Both the position numbers and the translations under genes were made by a program. DNA of 63,973 bases, the filler included, from Licmophora abbreviata (Eukaryota): the NCBI GenBank assembly GCA_900291995.1. It is 18 parts of 18 records of this genome, joined end to end, with 100 filler letters (N's around TTAATTAATTAA, not from the genome) between each part and the next. Parts side by side here need not be neighbours in the genome. Positions count along the whole stretch, not along the records: positions 1 to 7,300 come from OLMU01003535.1; positions 7,401 to 10,787 come from OLMU01003537.1; positions 10,888 to 13,464 come from OLMU01003538.1; 15 more parts are not named here. The stretch is one strand, 5' to 3'. Positions 1-10,894 of this stretch are shown piece after piece (the stretch's first letter is position 1; the number at the start of each line of letters is the position of its first letter). The notes under the pieces were generated by a model. The model saw nothing but the letters and a program-made list of their open reading frames with translations. It made no database searches and was not told the origin of the DNA.

Positions 1-338
1 ATCTCGCAACATACTTACGGCTCGACAGTCGGTGTCTGTGAAGGCAACCAGCGCGGGAAAATGCGTTTGAATGTCGATGGAACTGCCGGCGCTGGAATAT
101 ACGCATGTATTTATATATAAATATATAATAGTTCGCAAAGTCCGAACTCCACCCCATCCACGAACGAGTGGGTCTCCTCGCGGGAATCAATCGACCACAT
201 CATCGAAAGAGACGCCTACTCAGTACGACCTAGCTAGTATGATACGACACACGATCACACAGAGACGAAAGTGAATGATATGTTGTAGAGAGAGAGAGCG
301 AGGGTAAGACACAAAGCAGTGATACTGTCCTTTGGAAT

Positions 339-1997
339 ATGCTCAAGCGAGTTACACACAAAGGCTCAAAACAAATACGAAGGTCGCAATCGCCACGAAC
401 GACGACGCCGATGGAAGAGCCATCCGACAGCGAGAGCCCGGAGCGGGGTGCCAATACGATCGACGTGGCAGGACGATCGTTACACCTTTCAGCATCATCG
501 TCATCGCCTTCATCCGTTACACCCGCGACTTCTCCTGTCAATCTTATACCGAGCGACTCGGAGCAGGGCCTTTCCGAACTCGAAGATGACGAGGACGATC
601 CCATTGTCATACTTCGTCACCTCCGCACCGCCCGCATCAGCATGAAGAAGAGTCTGAAAGGTGCCAAAAAGAGCGCCAAAAAGGCTGTGATCGGAACGCA
701 AAAGAAGCTAGCGGGGGGTACGCACAAGGTCGTCAAGAGGACGCAGCAGGCGCTGAGACAGTCGACTACTCACGTGAAGCAAAGTAGCGAGGAGCGAGAT
801 CTAGAGGCATCACCCCTCGTCCAGCATGAATCCAGTCCCTTGATACCGCAAGCTACAGTCGGCCAGCACCTATGGGGGAAAGCGCGTCAGCACCTTGATT
901 CGATCGTTCTCAGTCAGCACACTGGATCCGCCCTGCTCCTTAAGGACGGAGGTGACACTGGAAACAAGCAGCTCTTGGCGGAAGAGGCCAAGACTCGAAT
1001 TCGACGGGGCGTTGAATTCTCCCTGCTCCAGTGCGTCATTGCAATTGGAGTATACTTGCTTATCGCAGTCGGAGTCTACTCGTTTGTTTTGGAAAAGTGG
1101 TCCGTAATTGACTCTCTGTACTTTGCCGTCGTCACCTTTACGACCATCGGGTACGGCGATTTGGTACCTTCCACCGATGCATCGCGTATCTTTACGTGTG
1201 TATTTGCTCTGTTTGGAGTGGCCATTCTGGGAGTGGCGCTTGGAGTGTTAGGCAGCAACCTTATTGACGCACAAGACAAGGCAGTCGAACATGCACGGCA
1301 GTTCAGTCAATACCGTGTCATCACGTTGTTTGATTCCATTAGTCCAAAGAGCAGGCCTACGCAAACCTCGGGCTTGGTTCCTCGCGAAGTTCCATCGTCG
1401 CAGAGACGGCGTTGGTATCAGTCTGCATTCGTGGTCAAGGTTCTCCCATTGCTCACCGTGATGCTCGCGTTTTCGGTAGTACTGACGTCTACATCCAACT
1501 TTACGGCAGTGGAGACTCTCTACTTTTGCACCATTACGGCTGCGACGATTGGCTTTGGAGACTTTACGCCAGAAACAGAGCGAGACAGACTGTTGGCCGT
1601 CTTCTTCATCTTGCTGGCCGTGGGCGCCATGGGAAAGTGGATGAGTCTGGCGGCTAGTTTTATCATTGACTCACGGCAAGCGTCCTTTCAGAGAAAGTTT
1701 GAGAATCATGAGCTCACCATGGGGGAAATGGAAGCCATGGATGACGATGGAGATGGTAAGGTGACAAGAGCTGAGTTTTTGGAATTCATGCTGGTGGCCA
1801 TGAACAAGGTAGATCAGGACGTGATTGACGAACTTCGTCGACAGTTCAGTCGTCTGGACGTGGATGGGACGGGTGAATTGGAGAAAGAGGACTTGATAAT
1901 TGTGGCAAAGCGCAAGATGAAGAGCACGAAACGCAAGCTTCAACTAGCTGAGTACAAGCAGAAGCTGCTTCTGGCGTCATCCATCGACTATAGCTAG
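339..1997 (+). CDS. Two-pore K+ channel (TPK/K2P-like, 4TM/2P) with C-terminal EF-hands
   Basis: Pore motifs TTIGYGD and ATIGFGD, each flanked by TM helices; EF-hand loops DDDGDGKVTRAEF and DVDGTGELEKEDL; intronless ORF; start may be a later Met. Confidence 0.92.
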   Translation: MLKRVTHKGSKQIRRSQSPRTTTPMEEPSDSESPERGANTIDVAGRSLHLSASSSSPSSVTPATSPVNLIPSDSEQGLSELEDDEDDPIVILRHLRTARISMKKSLKGAKKSAKKAVIGTQKKLAGGTHKVVKRTQQALRQSTTHVKQSSEERDLEASPLVQHESSPLIPQATVGQHLWGKARQHLDSIVLSQHTGSALLLKDGGDTGNKQLLAEEAKTRIRRGVEFSLLQCVIAIGVYLLIAVGVYSFVLEKWSVIDSLYFAVVTFTTIGYGDLVPSTDASRIFTCVFALFGVAILGVALGVLGSNLIDAQDKAVEHARQFSQYRVITLFDSISPKSRPTQTSGLVPREVPSSQRRRWYQSAFVVKVLPLLTVMLAFSVVLTSTSNFTAVETLYFCTITAATIGFGDFTPETERDRLLAVFFILLAVGAMGKWMSLAASFIIDSRQASFQRKFENHELTMGEMEAMDDDGDGKVTRAEFLEFMLVAMNKVDQDVIDELRRQFSRLDVDGTGELEKEDLIIVAKRKMKSTKRKLQLAEYKQKLLLASSIDYS

Positions 1998-2348
1998 CGA
2001 TGCGTCAGCGGACGACACTATCCAATCTCTCAGAGGGGAAACTCTAGCTAAACTGTTTTTCCTAAGGATGTATTTCACAGTACGACAATCTATTAGTGGT
2101 ATGCAATGCGACCAGTGAGGCTGTCAGGGCACACTCTAGACTAACGTTATCGGCGATTGCTATGTCGACGAACCACAGTTTCAAGTTTCGATTCGATTCG
2201 ATTCACCCAGATTTATCCTGACGTCGCTATATTTAAAGCCGTAGCCGTGTGCTATTTATTGCATAGGGTGCATTGGAATGACATTTTTATTATCAAAATG
2301 ACCCCACTATTGCACCCAACGCAATATCTCGCATCTATTGTGTCGACC

Positions 2349-5300
2349 ATGTCAACGTCCAGGTCGGGAAATGTTCGGTGCTATCTCCGCATACGGCCTC
2401 GTCCAGACTGCAGAGAAGAGGAATGCCTGGATGTGAATCCGGAGAGGCGCCGAGTTACTGTCGTCGATTCACGGGGCGAAACGCATCGTTTCTCATTCGA
2501 TCGGGTATGTGTGTGTTGCGGCGCATCGGTTTTTAAAGGATTCTCGGCTGCGTCAGAGTCTTCGTTCAGCTTCTCGTCGCAATGGTAGCCTAACATCGTC
2601 ATCTCGCATATCGTTTACAGGTGTTTAGTGCAAAAGACTCTCAGAAGTCTGTATATACCAAGTCGGTGGCTCCGCTTGTTGCCGATTTCGTGTCGGGGCG
2701 AAATTGCGCAGTCTTCTCGTATGGCGAGAAGGGGAGCGGCAAGTCCCATACTATTCTTGGAAAGCATAGTTCCGGAGAGGCGAATACAAGTCACACAGAT
2801 GATAGGAGTGCGGTGAGCTCTTTGAGCGGCGGCGGTATCAGCGAGGTAGTTAAACCGAGTTCTGGATCTTCTCCGTCGTCGCCCGTTTCTCTACGTGGCA
2901 CACAGGATCCTCCAGACCAAGTGTTTGCATCAAAACGGACGTCGCACCCTTCATTTTCTAATGGGAGATATAACAAACTCGAGAAATACAGCCCGACAAT
3001 AGATGAAATTGAGGGGGAGCAAAATCAATTCTTGCTAAACGACGATTCAGGGACTGCGCTCCGTGCCGCGAAACAGATTTTTGAGCTAATGGAACGAAAG
3101 AGACAACGAGGGGGGACAGCTGAGAACCCAATTTTACGATGTTGTATTGCACAAGTGTATTGTGAGACTGTCATTGATTTGCTTGACGATCAAAGTCGAG
3201 ACATTCAGTCGATAGACGATGCACAACAAAGAGAGAGCGCGCGCGGCGGCGTCGACGTAGGAAGGTTAGAAGATACCGTCTGTGAGTGCGTAGCGGATGT
3301 ATCTCAATGTATTGAACACGGCTTGGCATGTCAAAGAGATATTTTGAGAGCCATACAGGCAGGTGCGTTGTTGAAGCATAGTCTCAGTAGTGTGTATGGC
3401 GACTTCCGTTTGCTCAACGATTTCTTTTTTCTCCGAGACAGACTCCACCATGGTGCACCTGCTCATCATTCTTAAACTGGAACGTTTTAGCAAATCACGA
3501 GGCAAGAGAACGACTTCGCATTTCTTCATTGGTGATCTGGCCGACGCGGAGCTAGTGCGAATGCCTCCCGGGAACGAGTCGACCAAAACGGCTCAAGAAG
3601 CAAAGTCGATAAAACGCGCACTTGGTTCGTTGCGGAAGTGCATGCACACTCTGGCAATGAATGGTCATTCCACTTCAGTACCGTACATGGACACGGCCCT
3701 GACAAAGCTTTTGAGAGGTGTCCTCGTTCGTGGATCGGGGTTCTCTATTTTCGTTGCAGCTCGTTCTGACGCTTCAAACGTGGAGGCAACGCTGTCGGCA
3801 TTGCGTTATGGAACTTACGCTTGTGGGAGACAGGAAACGAACAACCCAAGAACTGGTAACGATGCCAACAGTAGCCAGATGACTAGGTCAACGGCTTCAT
3901 CGGAGGGCCGAAGACGCCATGGGACGACCACCAAAAGCCGTGGACATGGCAGTGAATCGGCATCGCATGCCAAATCCATCAGTTCAGACCTCCAGCGCGA
4001 AGCGAGTAGCCTTCGGAAGAAGCTGCAAGAGCTCAAAGATCAAAACCGCGAGCTGCAACGCATCAAAAATATGCAAGCCGACGATCTCGATCAAGCACGG
4101 CGTGAGATAGAATGTAAGTTTTCACGAGAGTGCTGCACAGTATGCTCGGAAAATTGCTCACCATCATCCTTCCTCGGTGAATCTCCCTCTGAATGGGGCC
4201 AGCATTGTCCTTGGCAGGTCGCGACCACAGAACAAGTGGGACATCTACCACACTCGGTATGGATGAGAGCACGGGGACTGTCAATACTGGCAACCAAAGC
4301 CAGGCAGAGGCCCAGACTGGTGTAGACAGCAATATTCATCAATGCTTTGAGAATCTCGAGCTTGGACCGACGCTGATTCGTGTCTGCCTTCGACTGCGTC
4401 CTTTGACAAAGCTAGAAACGAGCCGACGCAGCCGCAGCTGCATTGAAGTGCATGAAGGCTCTAGAGAATTCACCGTCGATTCCCCGCTTGATGGCGAGTA
4501 TGACTTTTGTTTCGACAGGGTACGTTCCTTCCCAACCAGCAACAGGGAAAGTTCCTCGGACCATATGGAAATGGGTCTTCTCACTTTCGTTTATTCCCCA
4601 GGTCTTTGGTAGCAACATATCACAGAGCGATGTGTATCAGTCAATGGGTGCCCCCATTGTGTCGGATGTTGTGGCAGGTATAAATAGCTCTCTCGTAGTT
4701 TATGGGCTGAGTGGAACAGGGAAAAAGCACACTCTTTTGGGGACAATGCCCTCGGGGACTGACAATGATGATGCTTCCAACACGGCAAATCAGTGGTCGC
4801 ATGACAATGACGGCCCCGGAATATCCCCCAGGATGATTACGAATCTATTCAAGGAGATGGCAGACGCCCCGGAGACAATCGAGTTCACTGTCACATGCTC
4901 GTTCGTTGCTATTTTCCTTGAAAAGATGTACGATCTCATTGAACCACGACATGATCGTACACTGCTGACAACCGATCGGGAAGGTGGAGTGTATATAGAG
5001 GGCGCTAGTGAAGCGTTCTGTTTCGATTCGGACGACGCGCTATCACTTCTAAAGAGGGGATATGCCTGCCAAGCAGTAATTGGAAACAAGCTTGACATCG
5101 ACGCCAAACGATCGCACAGCATCTTTGTGATCAATGTTGAGCAGAAGAACAGGAGGACACGAGAAGTGAGAAGGTCATATCTTCAGGTCTGTCAGCTAGC
5201 AGGATTCGAAGTTGCATCTAAACCAAAGGGTTCGGGAGCGCAGGAAACGAAGATTCAACATAGGTCGTTTGCTGCCCTGGGTAGCGTTATAAAGTCGCTT

Positions 5301-7300
5301 TCGGAAGGGACCCCATGCACTGCATACAATGAATCGAAATTGACGACCATCCTGAAAGACGCAGTAGGCGGAAATTGCAAGACCACTTTTCTCGTTACTG
5401 CATCGCCCAGCTCATATCATATATCAGAAACGATCAACACGATTCGTTTGGGACAACGGATTCGAAGAGTCACGAACTACCCTCATTCCAACCGAGAGTC
5501 AACAAAAGAGAGTATCAGCAACAGATACAGGAGCTACGGACCAGAAATTCCGAGTTCTCACGGCTATTCCGACTTCTGGACGAAGAGATGACGCAAAGCA
5601 GTCGCAGTCGATTCGACGGTCAAGGGCCAAGACTCTGGGAGTCGATAAGGAATCTTGTTGGACAGGTTGAATCTGAAAAAATGGGTGGCAGTGAGTTTGA
5701 CAAGGGTTCTTTGGATTCGGCGAAACGCCGGATCCACACTGAGAGTCTGCTGGCGGATATTCAAAGCGAAGCCGTTGTGCTTCGACGGCAAAATGATCTT
5801 CTTGTGCAAGACAAACGACGCAAAGACAATGATTTGGCTGAAATCATTCGCGAAAACAAGCTCCTTGAGATGCAAAATTCACAGTTGGAGAGCAAACTTG
5901 GCTTGGCGGAGAGTCGTGCTCGCGAATCGATTGAATTCCTCCGATACATGCGTTCTCTATGCTGGAGGCTTCGAAAGGATATCTGGAAAGGAAGACCCAT
6001 CGAGTTGGCGGACATTACTTCCGGCCTCAGCGGAGCCCCGGACCTCAGTGGACTTGTCGATCTCGATCGGATGATGGTCGATGCCGGTTTCATCGTGACG
6101 ACCGATATGCCACTCGAAGCCATTGAAGACGAGTTCTTCAATTATCTTCTCGATACTGGCCTGATTATTGACGAATCTAGGGCAACAGAAGAAGAGGAGT
6201 TCGATGAGCTTTCGGGGTTGGACGATGGCATCCGTAGCGAAAGACAGAGGGATGTAGGAGAGAAGGTAAGAGAATGTGGCTTGCCTGCCATGCCACATGA
6301 TGTGTCCAGTACTCAAATGCCTGCCTCATGTTTTTCGATCTAGTCGCGATGGCAAGGCATGCGGCCTCCGCAATATCCTCGGCGTGCCATTACCAATGTA
6401 TCATCAGCTTCGACGGTAGAAGGACCACTGACGAAGGCTCCATTTCGACTGCAGGTGAATGTAGTCCCCTGGCTCCGGGCCTCCATCGGCGCAGGCGATA
6501 AAAGCACACAGCAGCGCGAGACGAATACAAGCGTGTCGCGATACACAAGCAGAGAATGGGAGCTTCAGTGCGATCTTCACAACATGTCGGACAAATGTGT
6601 GGGACTTCAGTTGATGCTGAACGAGCAGACTCAGCTCGTCGAGAGTCTCATGAACAAAAGTGGCTCACTCCAGAGGAAACGTCTGGCCAAAGACGCTGTT
6701 GATCTTCGAAAGGAGAGAGATCGTATGGTGCACAACATAAAAGCAGCGACATGGAAACTGCAGGAGGTGAGTTCAATATCGGCTAGCACCATGTGCTTTG
6801 GGTGTCCTCGTGTCGTTCCTAATCCACTCTTTCTGCCTCCAGCTTCATGTCGTAAATAAACTTTTGACCAAGCAAGTGGAGGAGTCAAAGCAGCAAGTTG
6901 CTTTTCTAGAAGAAGGATTCCAGAAGCTGCAAGACTCGCTTCGCTCATCAGTTCACGAGTCACTTGAAACTGAAACGCAGCTCCAAGATCGCGTTGCCGC
7001 CCTTCAAACCATTGCGGACTCCTTGACAGGGTTCAACGTTGAAGACAAGGGATCTGACGAAGGCAAGAAGAAGACTCGTCTCTTCCTACCGATTCGCGGA
7101 GAGACGATCGATCCATCCGCGGGTGCAAGGACCCTCATCGACCCTAGTAGCTCGGAATCTATGGCGAGAAGCTTGACGGCAAAACCAACAACGATGAAGG
7201 CTGACGGGAAAACACCCGTGTTCTTTGTTCGGTCGAATGGAAATCACACTCGTCGGTCCAAACGGACGGGAACGGCGATTGCGGGACTGAATAGAACATC
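2349..7300 (+). CDS. Kinesin (kinesin-1-like) with two tandem degenerate motor domains and coiled-coil tail; 3' truncated by spacer
   Basis: Motor 1: VRCYLRIRP, FSFDRVF, P-loop GEKGSGKSHT. Motor 2: IRVCLRLRP, FCFDRVF, GLSGTGKKHT, LKDAVGGNCKTT, ETINTIRLGQR. GT-AG introns at 2505-2620, 3363-3441, 4114-4217, 4520-4601, ~6266-6343, ~6767-6842; one probable 1-bp error near 5505. Confidence 0.8.
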
Positions 7301-7724
7301 NNNNNNNNNNNNNNNNNNNNNNNNNNNNNNNNNNNNNNNNNNNNTTAATTAATTAANNNNNNNNNNNNNNNNNNNNNNNNNNNNNNNNNNNNNNNNNNNN
7401 GCTTAGTAGGAAGCGTATTCTTAGTATTATAAGTAATATTGGTTAGCAAAGAAACATGAAGCTGTACCTTTGAAAAATGGAGTGAGCAAGATGTGCGTGT
7501 GCTTTTAAGTTCGCAACGAACGACAAGAAAGACAGCCCGAGGACATACCATCCTCTGCACCACATGCTAGTCATCATAAGAACAACGGTATCGTTGGTAT
7601 ACTTGTGCTTCGTCGTAGGACCGTCTGTCTGTCCGCTTGTACTTTCATAAAAAAGAAAAAGTGTAACAACACACCCAAAAAGTAAAACACACACACACAC
7701 ACACACGACATCAAGACGACCACC

Positions 7725-9203
7725 ATGGCGCCGAATACGCCGTCTCCTCCTTCCTCCCCGCGGTACAATACGACTCCTACAACTAGTAGTTCAGTAGGAA
7801 GACCCGGTCGTAGCCAAAAGCAGCATGTTCGAACACGATCTATGCCTGTTCCAACCGCACAAATGCAAATTTTGGGACGAGACGGACGGGACTTGCCTCT
7901 ACAAACTATTAGTAATAGTAGTAGTAAAGCAGCAGCAGCAGCAGCAGACGAAAGAGTGCCCTCCAATAACAGCACCCGACCGAATCGTAGCGCTTCTTGG
8001 GGTCAACAAGAGGGAGAAAACACAAACGGGAAATCCTGGTGGGACGGAATGACCACGACTGCGACGCGATGGAACTGGAGGAAACGTCCAATACGACGTC
8101 AACAACAACAACAACAACAAGACAGTCGTCGTTCCACCGCCGACGAGACCAGTATGGCATCGGAAGCTGCCTACCACTACTATTATAATAGTAGTACTAT
8201 GAATGCGAGACTGGAAGACTCCAAGGGGGATGGTCAACGACGCCATGTCGGGAATCCGAGTGAGGATGGTGTGACAACTATTAGTACTCCCAGTCGAACG
8301 AGGATGCCCTCGTCACAGAATCGTGACAATCGCAAAACCACTACAGTCGCGTCTTCTCCACACCCACTGGAAGAACAATTGATCCAGTTCAACAATCGAA
8401 ATACTGCAAGTACATCATCATCATCATCACGACTAATACTGTCGAGCCACAAAAAGTCTGTCGAAGAACAAGTGCGAGACGACTGTTCCTTTTTTTATCG
8501 CGACATGGACGATGACAATCTCCTCCTATCATCCAACAAACATGCACGTTCGCTGGGTCACTCGAGACGACGTTCGATTGGTGAACTCCTCCTTCCAGAT
8601 CGACATCGTGCCGATTACCGTGCTCGTTACCAACAATTGAATCAAGACGCGGATGCGTCGGTCTTGCACGAGTATGATTTGGAATTGATGATGGAGGATG
8701 ATCTTATTGTATCGCCCGGCTTTCCTAGAGTTGCTGCCTTTACCAATTCATCCTTGTCCTACTTCAGTCAGGATGGTCGATTGTTAATGACGTTGCCGAA
8801 CGACAAGGTACGACTTGTCATGGACGAAGACTTGGAGCCCGGAATTCTGAGTGCGTACATGAGCAAGACTACTAGTACTACTACTACAAGTACTGGGGAG
8901 AATGCGACAGGAAGAGACTCGTCCTTTCCATCCGCACCATCGTTGTCCGTGGCCAATGAGGATACTATTTCTGCCAAGCAAAACGGCAAAGAGGAGGAAG
9001 AGCATTTGCGATACGTCTTGACCGTCCCGACGGACTTGTATCGTCGCGTCGTGAAAGAAATTTCCGATGCCCAGACTTCTTCGTTTGGATTGTACAATTG
9101 TGGCAGCTCGGACGAGCACGTGTCTATCTGGGTGGCGATTGGCTTTCTGGCAATCATTTTGATCTTTTTGGGTGTCAATACCATCATTTTCCCCTTGGAC
9201 TGA
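7725..9203 (+). CDS. Hypothetical low-complexity protein with a C-terminal TM helix (tail-anchored)
   Basis: 492-aa ORF with good ATG context; ends VSIWVAIGFLAIILIFLGVNTIIFPLD. Confidence 0.7.
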   Translation: MAPNTPSPPSSPRYNTTPTTSSSVGRPGRSQKQHVRTRSMPVPTAQMQILGRDGRDLPLQTISNSSSKAAAAAADERVPSNNSTRPNRSASWGQQEGENTNGKSWWDGMTTTATRWNWRKRPIRRQQQQQQQDSRRSTADETSMASEAAYHYYYNSSTMNARLEDSKGDGQRRHVGNPSEDGVTTISTPSRTRMPSSQNRDNRKTTTVASSPHPLEEQLIQFNNRNTASTSSSSSRLILSSHKKSVEEQVRDDCSFFYRDMDDDNLLLSSNKHARSLGHSRRRSIGELLLPDRHRADYRARYQQLNQDADASVLHEYDLELMMEDDLIVSPGFPRVAAFTNSSLSYFSQDGRLLMTLPNDKVRLVMDEDLEPGILSAYMSKTTSTTTTSTGENATGRDSSFPSAPSLSVANEDTISAKQNGKEEEEHLRYVLTVPTDLYRRVVKEISDAQTSSFGLYNCGSSDEHVSIWVAIGFLAIILIFLGVNTIIFPLD

Positions 9204-9386
9204 TCCTTCTGATAGTAAATACAGTATCAGTATCACGGTAGTACATTGTAATTGCAAAGATGCATTAGAGAGAGTTTGTGATGTACTACTAGTAGTCGCA
9301 GACTACAACACCAAACCGCACGCAACATTGAGCCACCTCATCGCCCACTCGCTCTCATTGCTCACTCTCGCATTCTTTCAGTTCCT

Positions 9387-10472
9387 CTACATTTGAGTAT
9401 CCGTCTCCTTGTTGTACTCGAGGACACGATCAATAAGTCCATACTCCTGCGCATCGTAGGCTCCCATAAAGTTATCACGGTCCAAATCCTTGACAATCTG
9501 TTGGGTCGTTTGTCCCGTAAACATGGAATACATTTTGACAAGATTGTCCCGGATCCTCATAACTTGCGCCGCCTCAACCTTGATGTCTTCCGCCTGCCCC
9601 TGCGCTCCACCCATGGGCTGATGGATCATGGTCCGACTGGAGGGGAGGGCGAGCCGCTTGCCCTTGCTGCCGGCGGCGAGGATGAAACTGGCCATACTGG
9701 CGGCGAGTCCCAAGTTGATGGTAATGACTTCGCTCTTAATGTGCTGCATGCAATCGTAAATTGCCAGTCCGCTAATGACACTGCCTCCGGGGGAGTTGAT
9801 GTAGAGGTAGATGGGCTTGGAGGTGTCCTCGCTGTCGAGGTAGAGCATGACGCCGATGATTTGATTGGCGAGTTCGTCGTCAATTTCGGAACCCAAAAAG
9901 ATGATGCGCTCTCGGTAGAGACGATTGTAAATGTCCACCCAGTCGGCGCTTTGACTTCCCGGCACGCGGTATGCGACCTTGGGCACCCCGATGGGCATCA
10001 TTCGGATGGTGTTACTAGTACTACTGGCGCGAGAAGAAGAAGAAGAAGAAGAAGACGTAATGGTGGTATGCAAGGTGCGGATACTCTTGGGAATACTGGA
10101 AACGGCATGGTTGCGGGGGACAAAGGAGGGGGCTGTTGGGAGGGACGATTCACAAGAGAGATAGAGGAACACATCATGATGATGATTGGATGAGTTTTGA
10201 TAGTACAAAAAAAACAAACAAAAAATTAGCTTCCCATTCCGTCATCGTCCTGTTGTGAACTATGCTGCTTGCTTTGCTTCTACACTCAACCATTACATCG
10301 GTGTGTGTGTGTGTTGTTGGTGTTTGTATTGGTATAGTATCGCTTCTACAACAGGTTTCGGAAGACTGATTTCATGTTGATTTACATTGTTCTTACCATA
10401 GCCCAACACGGGTGTTGTTGTTGCTGTTGTCAGTGCCGTAGCGACGACAGCTAGACACGACGAAAGTCTCAT
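9387..10472 (-). CDS. clpP: Nucleus-encoded plastid ATP-dependent Clp protease proteolytic subunit
   Basis: MPIGVPKV...[22 protein letters not shown], catalytic S (AASMAS), H (MIHQP), D (DRD). Exon 1 (10472-10397) encodes signal peptide [11 protein letters not shown]...VLG/YAP; phase-1 intron 10133-10396 restores frame. Confidence 0.93.
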
Positions 10473-10894
10473 TGTTGAATTCTTAGTACACTGCAAAGAA
10501 ACGCAACTAGTAGTAAATAGACTGTGGATGATGAGTCTCGGTGTTGTGTGTGTGAAGCAGCTGCATCCGAGAGAACGCGATGATGCGACGACGACGGACG
10601 GCGCCGATGACGATACGAGAAGAGAGACCACGAACTTTTCACACGTGGAACTCGAACAGGACGGACGACAGCGGGACGGTCGCGCGTCACACTCGATCGA
10701 TCCTAGTTTCAAATTCAATTTGGATGGATACAGCCGCGGCACATCCGATCACACACCATGAGGATACTGGCTGTACTAACGATGAACNNNNNNNNNNNNN
10801 NNNNNNNNNNNNNNNNNNNNNNNNNNNNNNNTTAATTAATTAANNNNNNNNNNNNNNNNNNNNNNNNNNNNNNNNNNNNNNNNNNNNACTAACG

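Noticed and set aside
51..60. E2F-like GCGCGGGAAA (also TTTCCCGC at ~27053) and TGACGT at ~27073
   Set aside because: Short motifs expected by chance in 64 kb; adjacent genes give no independent support.
5495..5515. Frameshifts in the kinesin, ATE1, four-domain channel, LRR, bHLH and 57.2-kb genes read as programmed frameshifting or pseudogenisation
   Set aside because: Several sit in short homopolymer runs, they occur in otherwise well-conserved genes without nonsense substitutions, and no slippery heptamer is evident. Sequencing indels are the simpler explanation; read-level checking would settle it.
7345..7356. Recurrent TTAATTAATTAA palindrome flanked by Ns, resembling a repeat array or recombination site
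   Set aside because: Artificial six-frame stop linker. ORFs ending in X...LIN are artefacts, and adjacency across spacers without overlapping flanks is unproven.
9393..10193. 266-aa antisense ORF over clpP, and similar shadow ORFs at 20627-21232, 41937-42656 and 21676-22281
   Set aside because: In-register antisense frames produced by codon bias of the real gene; no recognisable motifs.
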